A stretch of 64,000 bases of DNA from the human T2T-CHM13v2.0 reference genome, Homo sapiens, in the NCBI RefSeq assembly GCF_009914755.1, contig NC_060931.1; one strand, written 5' to 3'. This document shows positions 1-17,776 of this stretch, piece by piece; position 1 is the stretch's first letter; the number at the start of each line of letters is the position of its first letter. The position numbers and the translations under genes are program-made. Below the pieces are notes generated by a model. That model did no database searches. It was not told the DNA's origin and saw only the letters and a list, made by a program, of their open reading frames with translations.

Positions 1-3374
<3,374 letters not shown>

Positions 3375-3685
3375 AGGTTCTCTTTTTTCAACATCTTTGC
3401 CAACACTTTTAACCTTTCATCTTTTTGATAATAGCCGTCTTACGTAGGTGTGAGGTGATATCTCACTGTGGCTTTGATTTGAACTTCCCTAATAATTAGT
3501 GATGTTGAGCACCTTTTCATATACCTACTGGCCATTTGCAGGCCGTTGCCCGTTTTTTCATCAGATCCCTTTTTTTTTTTTTTTTACTATTTAGTTGTGT
3601 AGGTTCCTTATATATTTTGGACATTAATGTGTTTCGAATATATGCTTTGTAAATAAGTTATTTCATTATGTAGGTTGCCTTTTTA
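3375..3685 (-). mobile_element. Older L1M fragment (host of the L1PA)
   Basis: gataatagcc..ggtgtgaggtgatatctcactgtgg..gatgttgagcacc, typical antisense L1 3' ORF2. Confidence 0.8.
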
Positions 3686-3689
3686 TTCA

Positions 3690-4330
3690 CTCAACAACAT
3701 GAATGAACATTCAATGCAAAGTGAAAGAATCCAGCCCCGCAAAGCTATATTGTATCACTCCATGCACATGACATTCTAAGAAAGGATAGAGAGGCACAGG
3801 TTGTCAGAATCTGGGGGACAGAGAAAGGTTTATGAAAAGGAGGCTGCCCAAGGCAAATTTTAGGGTAATGCATATGTTCTACACCATACTGTGATGGTGA
3901 ATACAGGATTTTATGCATTTGTCAAAACCCATTGAACTGTACACCACTTTGTAAACTTTACTTCCTCCAAATTGCAAAGCTCACTGAAAGGGGTGGGGGA
4001 TAAAGGATGATCTAAGTAACTTTGTAAAGCAATCTACTGACTGGGCACTGTTAGTCCAAAGATGAAACAAACTGTATAATCTGTACTCTTTTGTTGGCTT
4101 TTTTTGTCAAAGGAGTATGGTTAGCAGTTGTGAGGCAGCTTAACATGTATATTAGGGTTGAAAGAGTAAGTAACTAAACAGTAGATTATAGGACTCAGTT
4201 TTATTATTGTCAGAGAATGAATTGGCAAATAAGCAACAGAGAAGAGCTTAAGTGAACACCATGGTGTTGGATTAGTCAGAAATATCAGTAAAAACTCATG
4301 TTTATTTTAATATCTGCATTTTAATATATA
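3690..4330 (+). mobile_element. L1MC/MD 3' end
   Basis: caacaacatgaatgaa.., tatgcatttgtcaaaacccattgaactgtacacc motifs. Confidence 0.7.
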
Positions 4331-4917
4331 AATATTGCTTAATATACTTATAAGTATTCTCTATATAATAATATTGTAATATTATATACTTATTTGTTAT
4401 TTATAATGCTTACATTTTGTATTGCTTATTGAATATTGTATTACACTGGAGATACTTCAATTTATGTAAACCTTCCTCATTCTTCTTCAGCAGCTGCTTA
4501 GTTTCACATCATGTTTGTATAATATGATACTTCATCAACCAATTAATGGGTTAATTACTGATATACACAATCTTATGGGTATCTTCAGGATAGAGTATAA
4601 AATATAGAGTCAAAACTTCAGTGTTTGCATATTTTAAACTTGGACAATCATTACCACATTCTCCTCTGAGAAAATCAGAGAGCTTTTCCCTTTCACTAAT
4701 GGCTAGTGCTCACACTATTTCTCCCACTCTTGCAAAAACTGGATATTATGTCCACATCTATGTACCATTTTTGTTGTGATTGACAAAATTGAACTTCAAC
4801 TAATCTGACTGATATGAAAAGGGATGCTGTTTTACTTTCTTATTTTTTAGTTTTCCTGAATGTGTCCAATTTGCACCATCTCTCCCACAGAGGACAAATA
4901 AAAAAATCTCGCATTAC

Positions 4918-5261
4918 TTAAGAATTATTTCGTGGCGTGTGTCTCTCCAGACTTTTGTTATGGTGTCACTACTTGCAAGCTGTGAGTCTGTTTTGAGAAC
5001 TCTCTCCATCTCTCCAAATAAAAACATATCAGAACAGTGATGGTGGTAATGTCATTTTATCTAAATATGAAGCTGGTACTTTTTGTGTTTTGCAAATAGT
5101 GCTGTTCCGTAAACTTTCCATCAAAGGAGATTTTAGAGAGAACGTATGGATCAACTTCTCCACAGTTCCTATGAACAACCCTTGATGGCGGTGTTACTTG
5201 CTTTAGTACCTCTGAATATAGATTTTTTGGCTGGATCAAAATTCGTTCTTCAGTCATAAAC
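4918..5261 (-). pseudogene. Large pseudo-exon FMTEERILIQPKNLYSEVLKQV..VDPYVL..TEQHYLQN / frameshift / KYQL..HYHHHCSD..EMERVLKT
   Basis: Acceptor taattctcag|G, donor |gtaatg; 344 nt with CpGs above local background; resembles recalled IMYDVALEDLKELEEQLL..VDRFAV..CEASFLENKRQL..EAYQHALD. Confidence 0.55.
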
Positions 5262-6849
5262 CTGAGAATTATATTTTTAAATATTTTTAAAATAAATCAC
5301 CACAGAGTGTGCCCTATATTCTCTTAAGTCTTCCAATGTATTCTCTAATGTTTAGTCTCAGCTGGAGAACTGACCTTGTATTTTGGTTACTCAGAACATT
5401 AGTTTCCAATTTAGTTTAACTGAAAGTGCTATTGAAATGTTGAGTCAGTTCTTTACAGAAAAATCTTGTATATCTGTCTTTCCTCCTATTGCAGAACATG
5501 CATAACTAGTGGATATGTTAATGGAAATCCATCTGTTTTAGAGCTGATCTTAAGAGTTTAGGTTATTTTGTGTGTTATAAACTGTGAATATGAGTATACC
5601 AGCAGCATACAATGTAGCTGTAGTGGTATTTCAATGAATTTCACTTCCTTTTGAGTCTAGGCTGTTTGAAGTCTATATAAACTTATTTTCAAATATAACC
5701 TTTACCTAAAAAAGTAATAATAAAAATCGATTTTTGCATGTTAAAATTATTACTTTGATGACAAAAGACATATTCTTTCATGGTTTCAGCAATGAGAGGA
5801 AATGTAATGCTTATTTCAATATTTCACCTAAATATGTCTAGCTGTTAAACAACAACAACAAAACCTCCCTCATGAGAGGGGTTTCCTTTGAGAATCTCTG
5901 GTCTGGTTGACCTCTTGGATTCTGTATAAATCTAAGAGTCTATGAAAAGGTGTGTATGGAGCTATTTTCAAAGAATATTTTTCTTTGATTAATCATTTAT
6001 TGATATATATCTTCAGTAGGAAAAAAAAGTGCACTCAGTGTTTTCCACGTTTCCCTAAGTCCTCTGCAGGTCTCAACAAAGCTACTAGGTAATGGCTGTG
6101 TTGACTGATAAATATCGCATCAGGACAAGCCAAGCCTCCCCACCCTGTGAACCAAGGCTGATGATGGGGATGAATTACTCAGAAACACACCACGGGGTTT
6201 AACAGTTCTTGGAATACTTTTCCCCTAGAAACACCGAGAGCAGGTGAAATAGTAGGGTGTGAAGTGTAGGTGGTGACTTAGCATTAAGTCATTCTCTTGT
6301 CAAGGTCCCCTCTGACTTTGAAGAGCACCTCTATGTTGCCCCTGCCTCTGGGTGCGCAGCCCTCTTCTCTAATGCTTCTCCACCTGGGACTGTTTCAGTG
6401 GGCTTGACAGAAATGAGGAGCAGGCTTTTTTCTGTTTGTTTTAGAGCACTGTTTATGGAAAAGGTTTGAAGTGAAAGAGACTGTTCTGTAGATGAATAGA
6501 TTACAAGGTCCTTTACCTAGGGACTTGATGGGCTAGAGAAGAAAAATGCTTAAGCAACGAGTTGTCATATAGAGTAAACAATTAATACTCATACACACAC
6601 TGTCATAAGAAAGAGGTTGAATAGTTAATGATGCCTGGAGAATATGAGGGCAGGAAGATCAGGAATATTTCTAAAATAGAATTGTCATTGGATTTGATTA
6701 TTTTGGAATACGAATATTTTATTAGTACATGGGGAATAAAGGGGCATGCAGGCATCAATGAAAAATCAAAATTTAAAAAAAACTGAAAAGACTACTGGGA
6801 AAGTTGAGCTCTCAGTGTAGCTCTGGAATGAGGTTCCTGGAGGTGGGGC

Positions 6850-7555
6850 ATTTTAGGCAGCTTCTAAGATGACTTGCAAAGATTCCTGCCTTCTGGTATT
6901 TTTGCCAGTGTGTAATTCTCTCCCCTGGAGTGTGCTGGCCTTGTGAGTTGCTTCCAGCCAACATAATATGGTAAAGCCATAGGATGTCACCTTGTCATTA
7001 GTTTATAAAACATGATGCTTCCATGTTGCTAACAAATTCTATTGCCTTCTCAGTTCCTTGCTTTGATGAAGCAAGCTGCCATGTTGGAGACAAATGACTG
7101 AGGACAATGTCCGGCCAACAAGCAGAAAGGAAATGAATCTACCACCAACTATGTGGACATGGAAGTGGATTCTTTTCCTGTTGAGCCTTCTGATGACTCC
7201 AGCTCAGCCGATGCCTTGATGCAGCTAGGTGAGAGACCTCCAGCTAGGTGACCAGCCATCCAGTTGGCCCTGGACTGAGGGAAGTGGCTGGGATGCAGGG
7301 CTTTCTATTGTCTAACTGATGCAGTTTCTAGAAACCCATCCCAGCATGCCTGGAAATGAATTTTTTGGGATGAAGTCTTTTTGGTGCTAAGACAGGGAAA
7401 ATCCTGGGCAAATTCTGATGAGTTGTTCATCTTACGCAAGAGACCCAGGTAACCTGTGCCTGGATTCCTGATCCACCGAAATCATGAGCTAATACATATA
7501 GGCTGTTTTAGGCTGCTAATTCCTGTGGCAATTTGTTGCCGGCAATAGATAGGGA
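6850..7555 (+). mobile_element. MLT1 (E/F-type) MaLR LTR interrupted by MER81
   Basis: gctttgatgaagcaagctgccatgttggaga, ggaagtggattctt..gttgagccttc, ctgctaa..tgtggcaatttgtt..gcaatagata. Confidence 0.75.
7246..7434. mobile_element. MER81/MER94-like hAT-Blackjack MITE
   Basis: Termini taggtgaccagccatccc.. and ..gatgagttgttcatctta. Confidence 0.65.
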
Positions 7556-7894
7556 GATGGGAAGGGATTGGGCTGAATATAATAAACATATTAGAAATGC
7601 AACGGGTTTTGTTTTGTGTGACAGACCAGGGAGTTTAGATTATTCATGGGCAATAAAGTACGACCATGAGTTCTTTTTTTAAAGATTATTTTTGATTAAC
7701 AAATCGTAACTACTTACACTTATGAAATGTAATGTGATGTTTTGATAGAAGTATACAATGTGGAAGGTTTAAATCAAGCTAATTAGCATAACCATCAGCT
7801 TGCTTGGATACCAAGAGTTCTGAGCATGAAGGTGCCAGGCTTGGTCACTGCTTTGCACAGTCTTCTCATCTAATACTAATTAAAATAGAAATTT

Positions 7895-8090
7895 AACAAT
7901 AACCCATACTCTGAGTACTTAATATGTGCCAGTCTATGGACTCTGTCCTTACACACCTTATTAGATCTTCCTCAAATGTTCATTAAATTTTGTCTATATT
8001 TCAGAAATTGGAAAAATAAGGCTTGGAAATATTAAGGAATATGTCTGAGGTCATTCATTCAGTCAGTGGGGGGCATGATTTGAATGTTCC
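7895..8090 (-). mobile_element. MIR
   Basis: tgagtacttaatatgtgccag..aaaataaggctt..aaggaatatgtctgaggtca. Confidence 0.55.
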
Positions 8091-10420
8091 TCTGTGAACC
8101 ATGATGAAGGAGATAGGAGAGTCAACTTTTAGGACTGATGCAATTTTCAGGTCTTGAGAAATGAACCAAATTTCCATGTGGCATGGTTACTCTAATTGTA
8201 GAGATTTCAAATGAAGATGACGTTTACCTTTTCTCCATTATTAGCTGATGTTCCAAAATATTTATGTCTTCACTTGAGGGAAGATAAAGAAGTCAGGGGA
8301 TTAGTTGCCAAACTAGATGTAAAGCCACATGCTTGCGCATCCTGCACAGAGGGTAACCAAGCATTTCCTTCTGGTAGTCCTGTGTGGTGGCACAGAGACA
8401 GGTGAGGGTTTCCTTCAGGAACACACACACCATCGTGCATCAAAGGAAGAGCAGATGTGGGTGAGAATGATAACAGTAGTATTAAAGGAGTTCAATTGTA
8501 GTTAATTCAAGAAAAAAGAAGTACACAAAACTGTAAATGAGAGAGAGAAGTAGAAATGGTTCGGGGGGAAGTTAAATAATTGTATAGATTACTGTGTGCA
8601 AATACATGTGAAAACCTCTATGTGACTTTAGGGAACTATAAACATTCAAATAACCCAAGAAGAGAGAAATAAAATGTAAATGACTCCACATCTTATAAAT
8701 CTTAATGATTAATGATGGAGAAAAACTAAAAACACTCAGATAGTCTTCTATATAAGAATAAGAGCAGTTTCATGGGTGAATCTTATAAAAGAATAAACTT
8801 TATGTGAAGATATACTTATTTAAATTCCTCAGTAAAGTGATGATGTATTTTACCTCTTATATTAGTAATATTTAAGAAGTTTTATAATATTTAGTACTAA
8901 TTTTTATCAAAATGTAGAAACTATTCCGAGTCAGCAACTCTACTTCTTTTAATTTTTCCTACAAATTTCATGCAAAAGTATGCACACTTAGGAAGTTTTG
9001 TCTGTAATAACAAAATACAATTAATGACCAGGTGATAATTGGTAATAGTGGAAGATAAATGATCTGTGAAATATGTGAAAATCCATGGGGATATAAGAAA
9101 CAATAAAATGTGTTGACATGAGCTGACATGGAAATAAATTGAGGGAATGTGACTAAATGTTTTTAAAGCAGACTATAGAATGAGTATCTGCAGTATGATT
9201 TTTTAAAAGTAGATAAAAAGGTAGAGAAAGCTAGATCAAGAGAGAGAAAGACACAGAGGTCAAGAGAGAAGAGTACAGAATTAAGAATAGAGAAGAAGAT
9301 GGAAATTGGCATAGGGATAAAAGTAGGATATGGAAAGAGATAGAGACAGGGAAGATAGAGACAGAAGTAGAGCGTGAAATAGCTGGAGCTACCCATTGTG
9401 TATGTGCAAGGGAAACCTCTAGAGGCATGTACAGGAGCCTGCTCCTAATTTTTCTCTAGGGAACAAAACTGTGGATTTAATATCAGCTGCAGACCGACAG
9501 TTAGTTGTCTTTAAATTATAAAATATTTCAGATATATGCACATATAAGACATAATAAACATAATTGCTTCTCTAATTGCTAGTAAAATAAAACGTTACAA
9601 AACCATTGTCTTTCATAGCCTTCCAAGGTTGAGTCCCCTCTCTTCTTTCTAGAGGTCACCATGACCTTGAATTACGTCTTGTAACATCTTACATAAGACA
9701 TTATGGTGTTGAGGGGTTTGAGGGAGTCCAGCTGTGGCTGCAGGTCCCAGGGTTTCCAGTCCACCTTACCAGTGGTAAAGTTGAGGTATATGCACACACA
9801 TACACACATGCATATATATGAAACTGTAAAAATATGTTACCATCTTTGTATATTTTTACATTTGTAGAATAGTAACATTATATATATACTTTTATGACTT
9901 TTGTTTTTTCTACTCTTATTATCACTACTCCCAGGCCAACATATTCTTTGATTGTATGGTTCTTCCTCTACTTTTTGTATTTTTTTCTTATATTTAAATA
10001 TCTTTTCATATGGATACCTGCATTTCTAAGGCAGTCATTTTCACTGCTTACACCGGGATGAAGACCTAGCAACCTGCTTGAGCCTTCTCTGGTGGCAGCA
10101 TCATGAGAACCTGTCTGGCCGCCACCGTGACTTGTAAAGTTGCCGTGACTCTCCCTGCGCACATCTCCTTATGCTCATGTTTCTTCCTAGAGTAGGTACA
10201 CTCTCTTCCTAGAGGAGAGAAATGGAATTGTTGGATTGCATCACAGATACATTTTTTAATATACTCAATATTTCCAAATTTCTCTTCAGTTTGCAGAAAT
10301 ACACACATAGTGTTGAAATGCTCCTTACTCTATATTTGTACCAACATTTTCTTTTGTAGAAGTTTTTTACTTCAGCTTATATTTATGAAATAGTATCAAC
10401 ATGAGATCTTAATTCCAATT

Positions 10421-10724
<304 letters not shown>

Positions 10725-11069
10725 CCAGTTTCTTAATTATTACCAATGTCTGTCATGTGGAAGAAATTATTATTCCATTTTCCTCTGTGTCTAGACATGT
10801 GGAAGGCTGCACTTTGTACCCCCATTTTAATCTTTTTTTGGGTGAAGGGATGAAAAAGTCACATAATTATCTTTGGCTCTCTTCTTTGAAAAGTTTACAT
10901 GTGGTTTGGCACCTCCTTTGAAAGGCAGCAGCTTTCTCATGTTAACACCTTTTTACCCCGTGTAACCTCTTATTACACTGGTTCTTAACATTTCTATATC
11001 AAAAGCTGCTTTTACATAAACTGCACGAATCATGTGCTTTGTCTCTTTAATCTTTAAAGCAATTAACTA

Positions 11070-12260
11070 CAGAATTAGATTATCTAAACTGGAATCAGCA
11101 TTGCATTCCTGGGAGGAGAAGCTAACTTGGATCTTATCTTTTTAACGTACTATTGGCTGAAGTGTTCTAAAATTCTATTAGGATACTTTCATTTATGCCC
11201 ATAAATAATTTTGATCTGTAGTTTTTCTTTTCTACATACCTAAATTGGTGATTCATATCATATTTATCCTATAGTCTTAAGATTACTTTGGGAGTACTCC
11301 TTATTTTTATTCTCCGGGAAGGCATGCATAAGATTAAAATTTTATGTTCCTCAAATGCTTGATACAACTCACTTAATAAATGCCACTTTTGTTGTTTTCT
11401 GTGAATATCTTCAATGTTGTTTCAATTAATATAATTGTTATCTGTCCATTGAGGTTTTCTGCTACCTCCAACATGTTTTGTAGAGTGATATTTCTATTTA
11501 TTTAACAATTTGTTAGCAGCTGCTACTGGCCTATTGAGATCATGGAGACCTTTTTCTCTCTGCTCCTTCCTGCTAAACCCAACTATAGAAATAATGCAGC
11601 AGACAGCCATGGGAGAAGCCTGGAGAGCAGTAAGAGGAAGGAGAACTCATGACTTATCCAGGACCCCAGAACTGGAGGAACAGCAGAGCAGCAGGGCATC
11701 TCAGCTCCTCAACCCAACATAAAAAGGCCACCTAGACTCAGCATTTCCCCACCCCCAAACCAGCAACATTTGACAGTTCAAGTAGGAACATATTTCCCTG
11801 GGCTGACCTGAGATCTCTGGCACCTCCAGCAAGGGGGATCAAAATGGACTCTTGACAATAACAAGCAGCCAGGGCACCCACTCTCCTCTACTGGCTCCAA
11901 GACTGTCTTTTGCCAGCAGGAGACACTGACACTCTCGGGGAAAACCAGCAAGAGGTACCTTGACAGAAGAGGGACCTGGCCCAGGAAGTCTCTTCCCCAT
12001 CCCTGCAGGCCAGAGACTCCCCTGTTCTGTGCAAAACACAAGATCAACAGCCAGAGGGGCTTGACACAAGCAGTGTGACCAGTGATGGCTTTGTCTTAAA
12101 GAGACAGAGACACTCCCCTTTTCAGCACAGAGACTGGGGGGCTGCCGAGGACAGTTGCAAAAAGGACTCCACCCAAAACTGGAAACAGCCCATATGTCCC
12201 TCGACAAATGAATGGCTAAACAAACTGGTGCATTCAGACATAATAGAATAGCTGTCCGGG
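11070..12260. mobile_element. Patchwork of old L1M fragments (antisense ORF2; sense 5'UTR-like and 3' pieces)
   Basis: gcattcctggga..acttggatc; cccaaaactggaaacagccc..aatgaatggctaaacaaactg. Confidence 0.55.
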
Positions 12261-12649
12261 ATCACTCTCTCTGTGTGCTTACAGAGCAGCACAGAAAACT
12301 TACAAGTGTTTCTTCTCATCACTTCCTCCTCCCATGCTGTTCTTGTCCAGCATTTTTTTTAACCTTCTGATGTTGTTACCCACAAAATTAGTCATTGCCA
12401 ATAGTGCTGATTTTATTTATGAGCAATATATCAATAAGTTACTGAAATATTGACATATTTTTGGTTTAAAATTCTGGAATATAGACAAAGATACGAAATA
12501 TTGTTTAAATAATGAAGATGAATGAAAAATACAATGAGAAAGTTTATTATTTTATTAGATTCTGGAGAAGATAATAAAAGCAATTGGTAGAGATGATATT
12601 TAAAGATACATACATGAAGATTTTCCTGAATAGATGAAGCTTTCAAATT

Positions 12650-12725
12650 CAGGAACGTGTCTCTTTCATCAGGCTGTTTGAAAAATGTTTCTTCATAGTT
12701 TTGCAGCTGCCTAATAATGTGCTTA
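12650..12725 (-). pseudogene. Pseudo-exon KHIIRQLQNYEETFFKQPDE.., 3' end abutting an old L1 fragment
   Basis: Very strong acceptor tctttctccttcattttacag|, phase 2; joined LRTNCKHIIRQLQNYEETF resembles recalled LQRTCLSILNYFRSIERTL. Confidence 0.55.
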
Positions 12726-13109
12726 CTGTAAAATGAAGGAGAAAGATGTACCATGCAAATGGTTCTGCTTGCTATTGCTGCATTATTTAGGGATTTAAAG
12801 ATTTTGTTGTTGTTATTTGTTGTTGCTGTTGTTCTGCCGAGATGCCTTAAATCTCAGGTAGCATGGGAAATTAAACTCTGCCGCTTCGCTAGGTAATATA
12901 GGATTTGTCTTGAAATGAACATGGAATCAAAAAGCAAAGTGCTTTTTTCTTCTTCTCTTAGAACTGTTTCCAATGATGAAAATTTTGACCCATAACATTC
13001 ACCTGTTCATTTTATTATCCCACAGATACATGTATTTTTGTGCTGCTATATTAAAAAAACACTGCAGCCATGATGAATTCTCCCCTGCCCCCACATTATT
13101 CTCTCTCTG

Positions 13110-13115
<6 letters not shown>

Positions 13116-13161
<46 letters not shown>
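13116..13161. repeat. (AC)23 microsatellite
   Basis: Uninterrupted dinucleotide run. Confidence 0.97.
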
Positions 13162-13163
<2 letters not shown>

Positions 13164-14049
13164 TAACTTTGGTTGTCTGCATTAGTTTCTCCTTATGTCA
13201 AACACCATTTATCCATTTTTTCTTTCTGGAAGGCTTGACTACACTGATCATGAATTATATACTTCCTGCAACTAGTATTGTCTATGGCAAACTGATCACC
13301 AGTAATAATCACTTGGTATTCTGTATATACCACAGCACAGGGATAAAACACAGCCAAAGAATTTATTAGAAACACAAGCAAATCTGGCATTAGCTTCCTT
13401 CTAATTGATGATAATTAGACAAACTATTTTAACATAATTATTCAGGTACAGGTACAAGGCATGTTGAAACAAGTTACTTGCATTCTAAGTTTCCATATGT
13501 GGAAAGCTTTACTGGAGAGCTATATATATATATGTATGTATATATGGAGATAGAGTAAGAGAAAGAGAGAGAGAAAGAGAAAGGGGAGGGAGAGGAAATG
13601 TTTCTTGTGCAATAGTATCATAAATTGAATACTAATTTTAGATCATTTTGCATTTGCTCAATGAGCAACAACTGAGCATGCCTGGTTTGCAAATTCAAGA
13701 GTATCTCAGCAGAGATCATTTTTCATTCTTTGTCTCTAAACTGATTTAATGCTACCTAATAAGCACCTGTACTTCCCTTTAGTCAATCTTTTTGTTCATT
13801 TCTTTAATGTGGTGATGTCAAACCTGTACAAACATAAGTTACACAGTTCATTTCCCTACTAGACTTGCTCTTCTACCTTCTGTGTAAAGTCATCATTTTC
13901 AAGAATGCTAAGCATGTAAAGTTGGGGACCACCTGTACTTTTGGAGGGTCACTTTGGTAGAACAACACTGGCACCTAGTGGCACGTGTTATGAAGGGAAA
14001 TACCTCCCAAAGACAGGCCATGCAGGAGTGCAAATCCCCATGGATTTAC

Positions 14050-14126
14050 CAATTGGTCCTCAAGACTTGGGTTTGCTGGTCCATAATAACATGCATTTTA
14101 ATTGCACAAGTCACAGAGCTCCGGTT
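14050..14126 (-). pseudogene. Pseudo-exon NRSSVTCAIKMHVIMDQQTQVLRTN(C)
   Basis: T-rich acceptor ..tttttgag|, donor TG|gtaaat; 77 nt, phase 0 to 2, open. Confidence 0.5.
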
Positions 14127-14545
14127 CTCAAAAATAGTGTGAAGAAAAAAAAACACTGTGCTACCTTTTGAGACTACAACTACTAGTTTATAATATTTTG
14201 CAGTGTAATTGATTATAGGAAATAAACTAATGACTTAATCAATGGACAACATCATATTGCCCAATGTTTTTGAGTAGATATTATAAGAAAAGAATAAAAA
14301 ATCCACAATCTTTTCAAGTCCTAGAGGAATTTAGGGCCTAATCAAGGTGACTAGATGTTTATTTTTCAATTCATACATCCCAAAATATGTATGGATCCAT
14401 TCCATGAGTTCTGTTTGAGGTACTGTGGGTAAAGAAATAGGGCAAGCTCCCAGTCTTCCAGGGGAGGTCAATCAACCAGTCAGTTATCTTATCTGCCCCA
14501 TAGATGTAAAGGAATAAATATGGGTGAGAATTATAGAAACAAATC

Positions 14546-14867
<322 letters not shown>

Positions 14868-17488
14868 TGAAAGAGGAGAAGACTCTTGGCTGAGGAACAC
14901 AGAAGTTTTCAGAAACCCACACTAACTCAGTTGGGTCTTGAATGGTGGGCGTAACTGGGCTATGCAGACATGAGAAGGAAGGAGGAGGAACATTTTGATG
15001 GATGATGTGCCCTAATCACGGCTTGAGTCAGGAAACCTTGGGGTGTATATAAAAAGGGTCCCAAGTAGTTTTTATAGAAACATGAGTCACAGGAAAGGGT
15101 TCAGAGGTACCATGTTGGACATGCAACTGGATGGACTGCAGGAAAGGCACTGGCTGGGTGCTTAGGGGAGGGAGAGGTGGCAGCCACCTCAGGGGTGGGC
15201 ACTTGGGAATTCTTACAAGTCCTTTGACCTCTCTGTGGCCTTCACCACACTTTTTCTGGCACCCTCATCCCTCCACTCATCAGGTCATGGCTTTCTTCTG
15301 TAAGCCAAGGGCAACGTGACCACTTACTTGGAATTGTTCTGAGTAACAGCAATTTCAAACATCTGTCTTGTGATCAAATTATGTAAATAAAACTCCTGTT
15401 AAAAGAAAAAAAAATCATCCTGAGTAGAATTTTGTTTGTGTTTTGGGGTCCATGTGGCATAATAAAATTGTTTTCTAGAACGATAAATCCGGCTCCAGGA
15501 AGCAGAATGGAGTGGAGGTGAAAGACTGTCACCCAAGAACAATTGACTCCTTCAAGCCAAAGGCTCCAAGTGTCCCAAGCATTGTCATTGGACAATGGAG
15601 AATGGACCAAAGGGAGGCAGTAGGGGTTGGCTTGAAGATACACTGGACACTGAGCATTAGTGTTCATGGGGGCAGGGGACACACTGGGAACAGAAGGAAA
15701 GCCATTTCCTTCAGATAAGTGGAAAAGAGAGGAAGAGCAAACCTGAAGAGAAGGCAAACATGCTGAAGGAACGATGTCTAGCACGAGGCTCACTGTGGTG
15801 CTGTGTGTGGTGGGACAGGTACTCACTCTGTGGCTGGAATGGGGCTAAGCCTTCCCAGGAAGGCTGCTGGTGGCAAGGCGCGGCTCCAGGTATCCACACT
15901 AAAGAGAGTGTCAAATGTCGAGACAGGGTCTTGGGCCCCATGCCCCAAAGGGAGAGACACATCCCCAGCCTTCTGAGAGAGTGGCAACAGCATAGGCCCA
16001 GTTGCACGGTGAGGAAGGAGAGAAGCAGGTCCATGGCCCTGTCCTGGAGACCACTTGGGGATGTGTTGGGGAAGCCAGGACAGTGTTCCTCATGCTCCTT
16101 TTGCCGTAACCCAGGGAGACTTGCCCATGCTGTTCACCAGGGGGCTGCGAAAAGCAAGAGGCAGGCTCATTCTTGGGTGGTGGGGAAGGGTGATCATGGG
16201 AGGGGTAGAGGCAGAGCTCCGGCACTGGCTTCCAATTGCAGATGTAAGCGCTCTAGGGTGGCTCGGTGTATTATCCCACAGCAATGGGGTAAATTTCATT
16301 TTTGTGATAGCCTCCAGCACAGATAACTTACAGAGGCCACTGCAGGGAAGGCAATGCCAGAAAACACAAGAAAGGGGCAAGCGGGTGGCTTCCAGGGCAG
16401 GCGCTGCGACTGCCTCTGAGCATAGCTGTTTCCAGGGAGTGGGCCTCCTGCATCCACGAAGGTGCACCTGGCAGGACCCCTAGCAGATTTGCGTGGTCAC
16501 TGGGATGGTTTGATGGGTGACGACGTTGCCCTGTTAGTGATCAGCCTACACACATGCACACATACACCACCAATGGGATTTGTCCATTTTTGACTTTTCC
16601 TTCATTCCATTATCTATCATCATGAACAATCCTTTCCTGACTTATGTTTTATGAACATCCCTCAGTCAGTTCTGTGGAGAAGGGATTGCAGTGGGATAAA
16701 TATGTATCAGAAAAGCCACCTGGGAGGACAGTGTGACATTTCAAATTACGAATGAGGCAGCTCAGGGCAGGGCAGCAGCATGGGAACTGTAGATGGTAAG
16801 CATATTCAAAAGCATTTTGGAGGCAGAAAGAGTGTCTTGTAGAGATCAGGAGGCCAGGTGATTATGGGACGCATTATAGGTCTGTTGAGCTCTGCTGAGA
16901 GAGATTTGAGGCTGGGAATGGGTAACTTGCTGTTAGCACATAGGTGACTTGTGTAAGTTTCTTGGCATTATTCCACTGCTTGGATTCTGTCACAGGGAAA
17001 GCACAGTAGTGGGCCGTCATCTTCTTGCAATGGCAGCAATTGATTGCAATAGAGTGGACATATTAATGCTAGCTACAAAACTGAATTGTGTGACGGATGT
17101 ATAGCCTAGTACACTGCCCTCTGTCCATCTCATGGAGGGCATCGGTTGCCCTTCAGGGGTGTTATGAATTTGTGGGTGAATGAATGATACAAATCTGAGT
17201 AAAGAAATAATGAAAAGGCTCTTTCCTCACACCAGTAAAGATAATTCTCACTGAAATTTGAAATCATTAAATGTCACCTTCTCAGAAAACTATGGTTGAA
17301 CTTAATCTTATCCTCAGTGAAGAAGGACAATGACAACACAATAGAACTAACGTATTTCCAATCTGCTGTGAGGGTGAATAAGTACTATCATGCCTCCGCT
17401 GAAAAGTTTGCACAAGGGTTTTGGACATAAGGTAATCAGCCAATTTCTGCATTTTGTGAAGTTGTCCTGAGCTTAACAATACATTTAC

Positions 17489-17776
17489 AAGGAAGAAGGT
17501 TCGGTACATTCATTGGTTTTCTCTATCCCAAATTTCCACACCTGGGTTGAAATAGCAGCTAACAATAGGTGTTGATATGCAGACTTGTTCCCAAGAATCT
17601 TTTGTGGCCTGAATTGCTGAAGGGGCTGGAACAGCTGTCCAGTGAGTGCTGCCTGGGCCAACCAAGGGAGGCTCACCCTTCCAGTTCTCAAGCAACCCTT
17701 TGAGAGAGTCCAAGGAGCCCTTACCTGGATGAGCTCTAAGCTCTCCCTTTAGCATATGGACCATTTACTTCTTTTT
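17489..17776 (-). pseudogene. Two pseudo-exons: 17725-17776 (KKK*MVHMLKGELRAHP) and 17489-17541 (GVEIWDRENQ*MYRTFFL)
   Basis: Donors CAG|gtaagg and CTT|gtaaat; phases 0-1 then 1-0 chain correctly; one stop each (the TGA plausibly from CGA). Confidence 0.55.

Noticed and set aside
6273-6291. ARE/MARE-like gtgacttagca within a short palindrome
   Set aside because: Single short motif with no supporting context.
13965-13985. CTCF-like site (ccactaggtgccag on the minus strand)
   Set aside because: Mismatch at a core G; a single motif is expected by chance.
15374-16483. Overlapping 100-188 aa ORFs as coding
   Set aside because: Present on both strands, no recognisable domain, explained by GC content.
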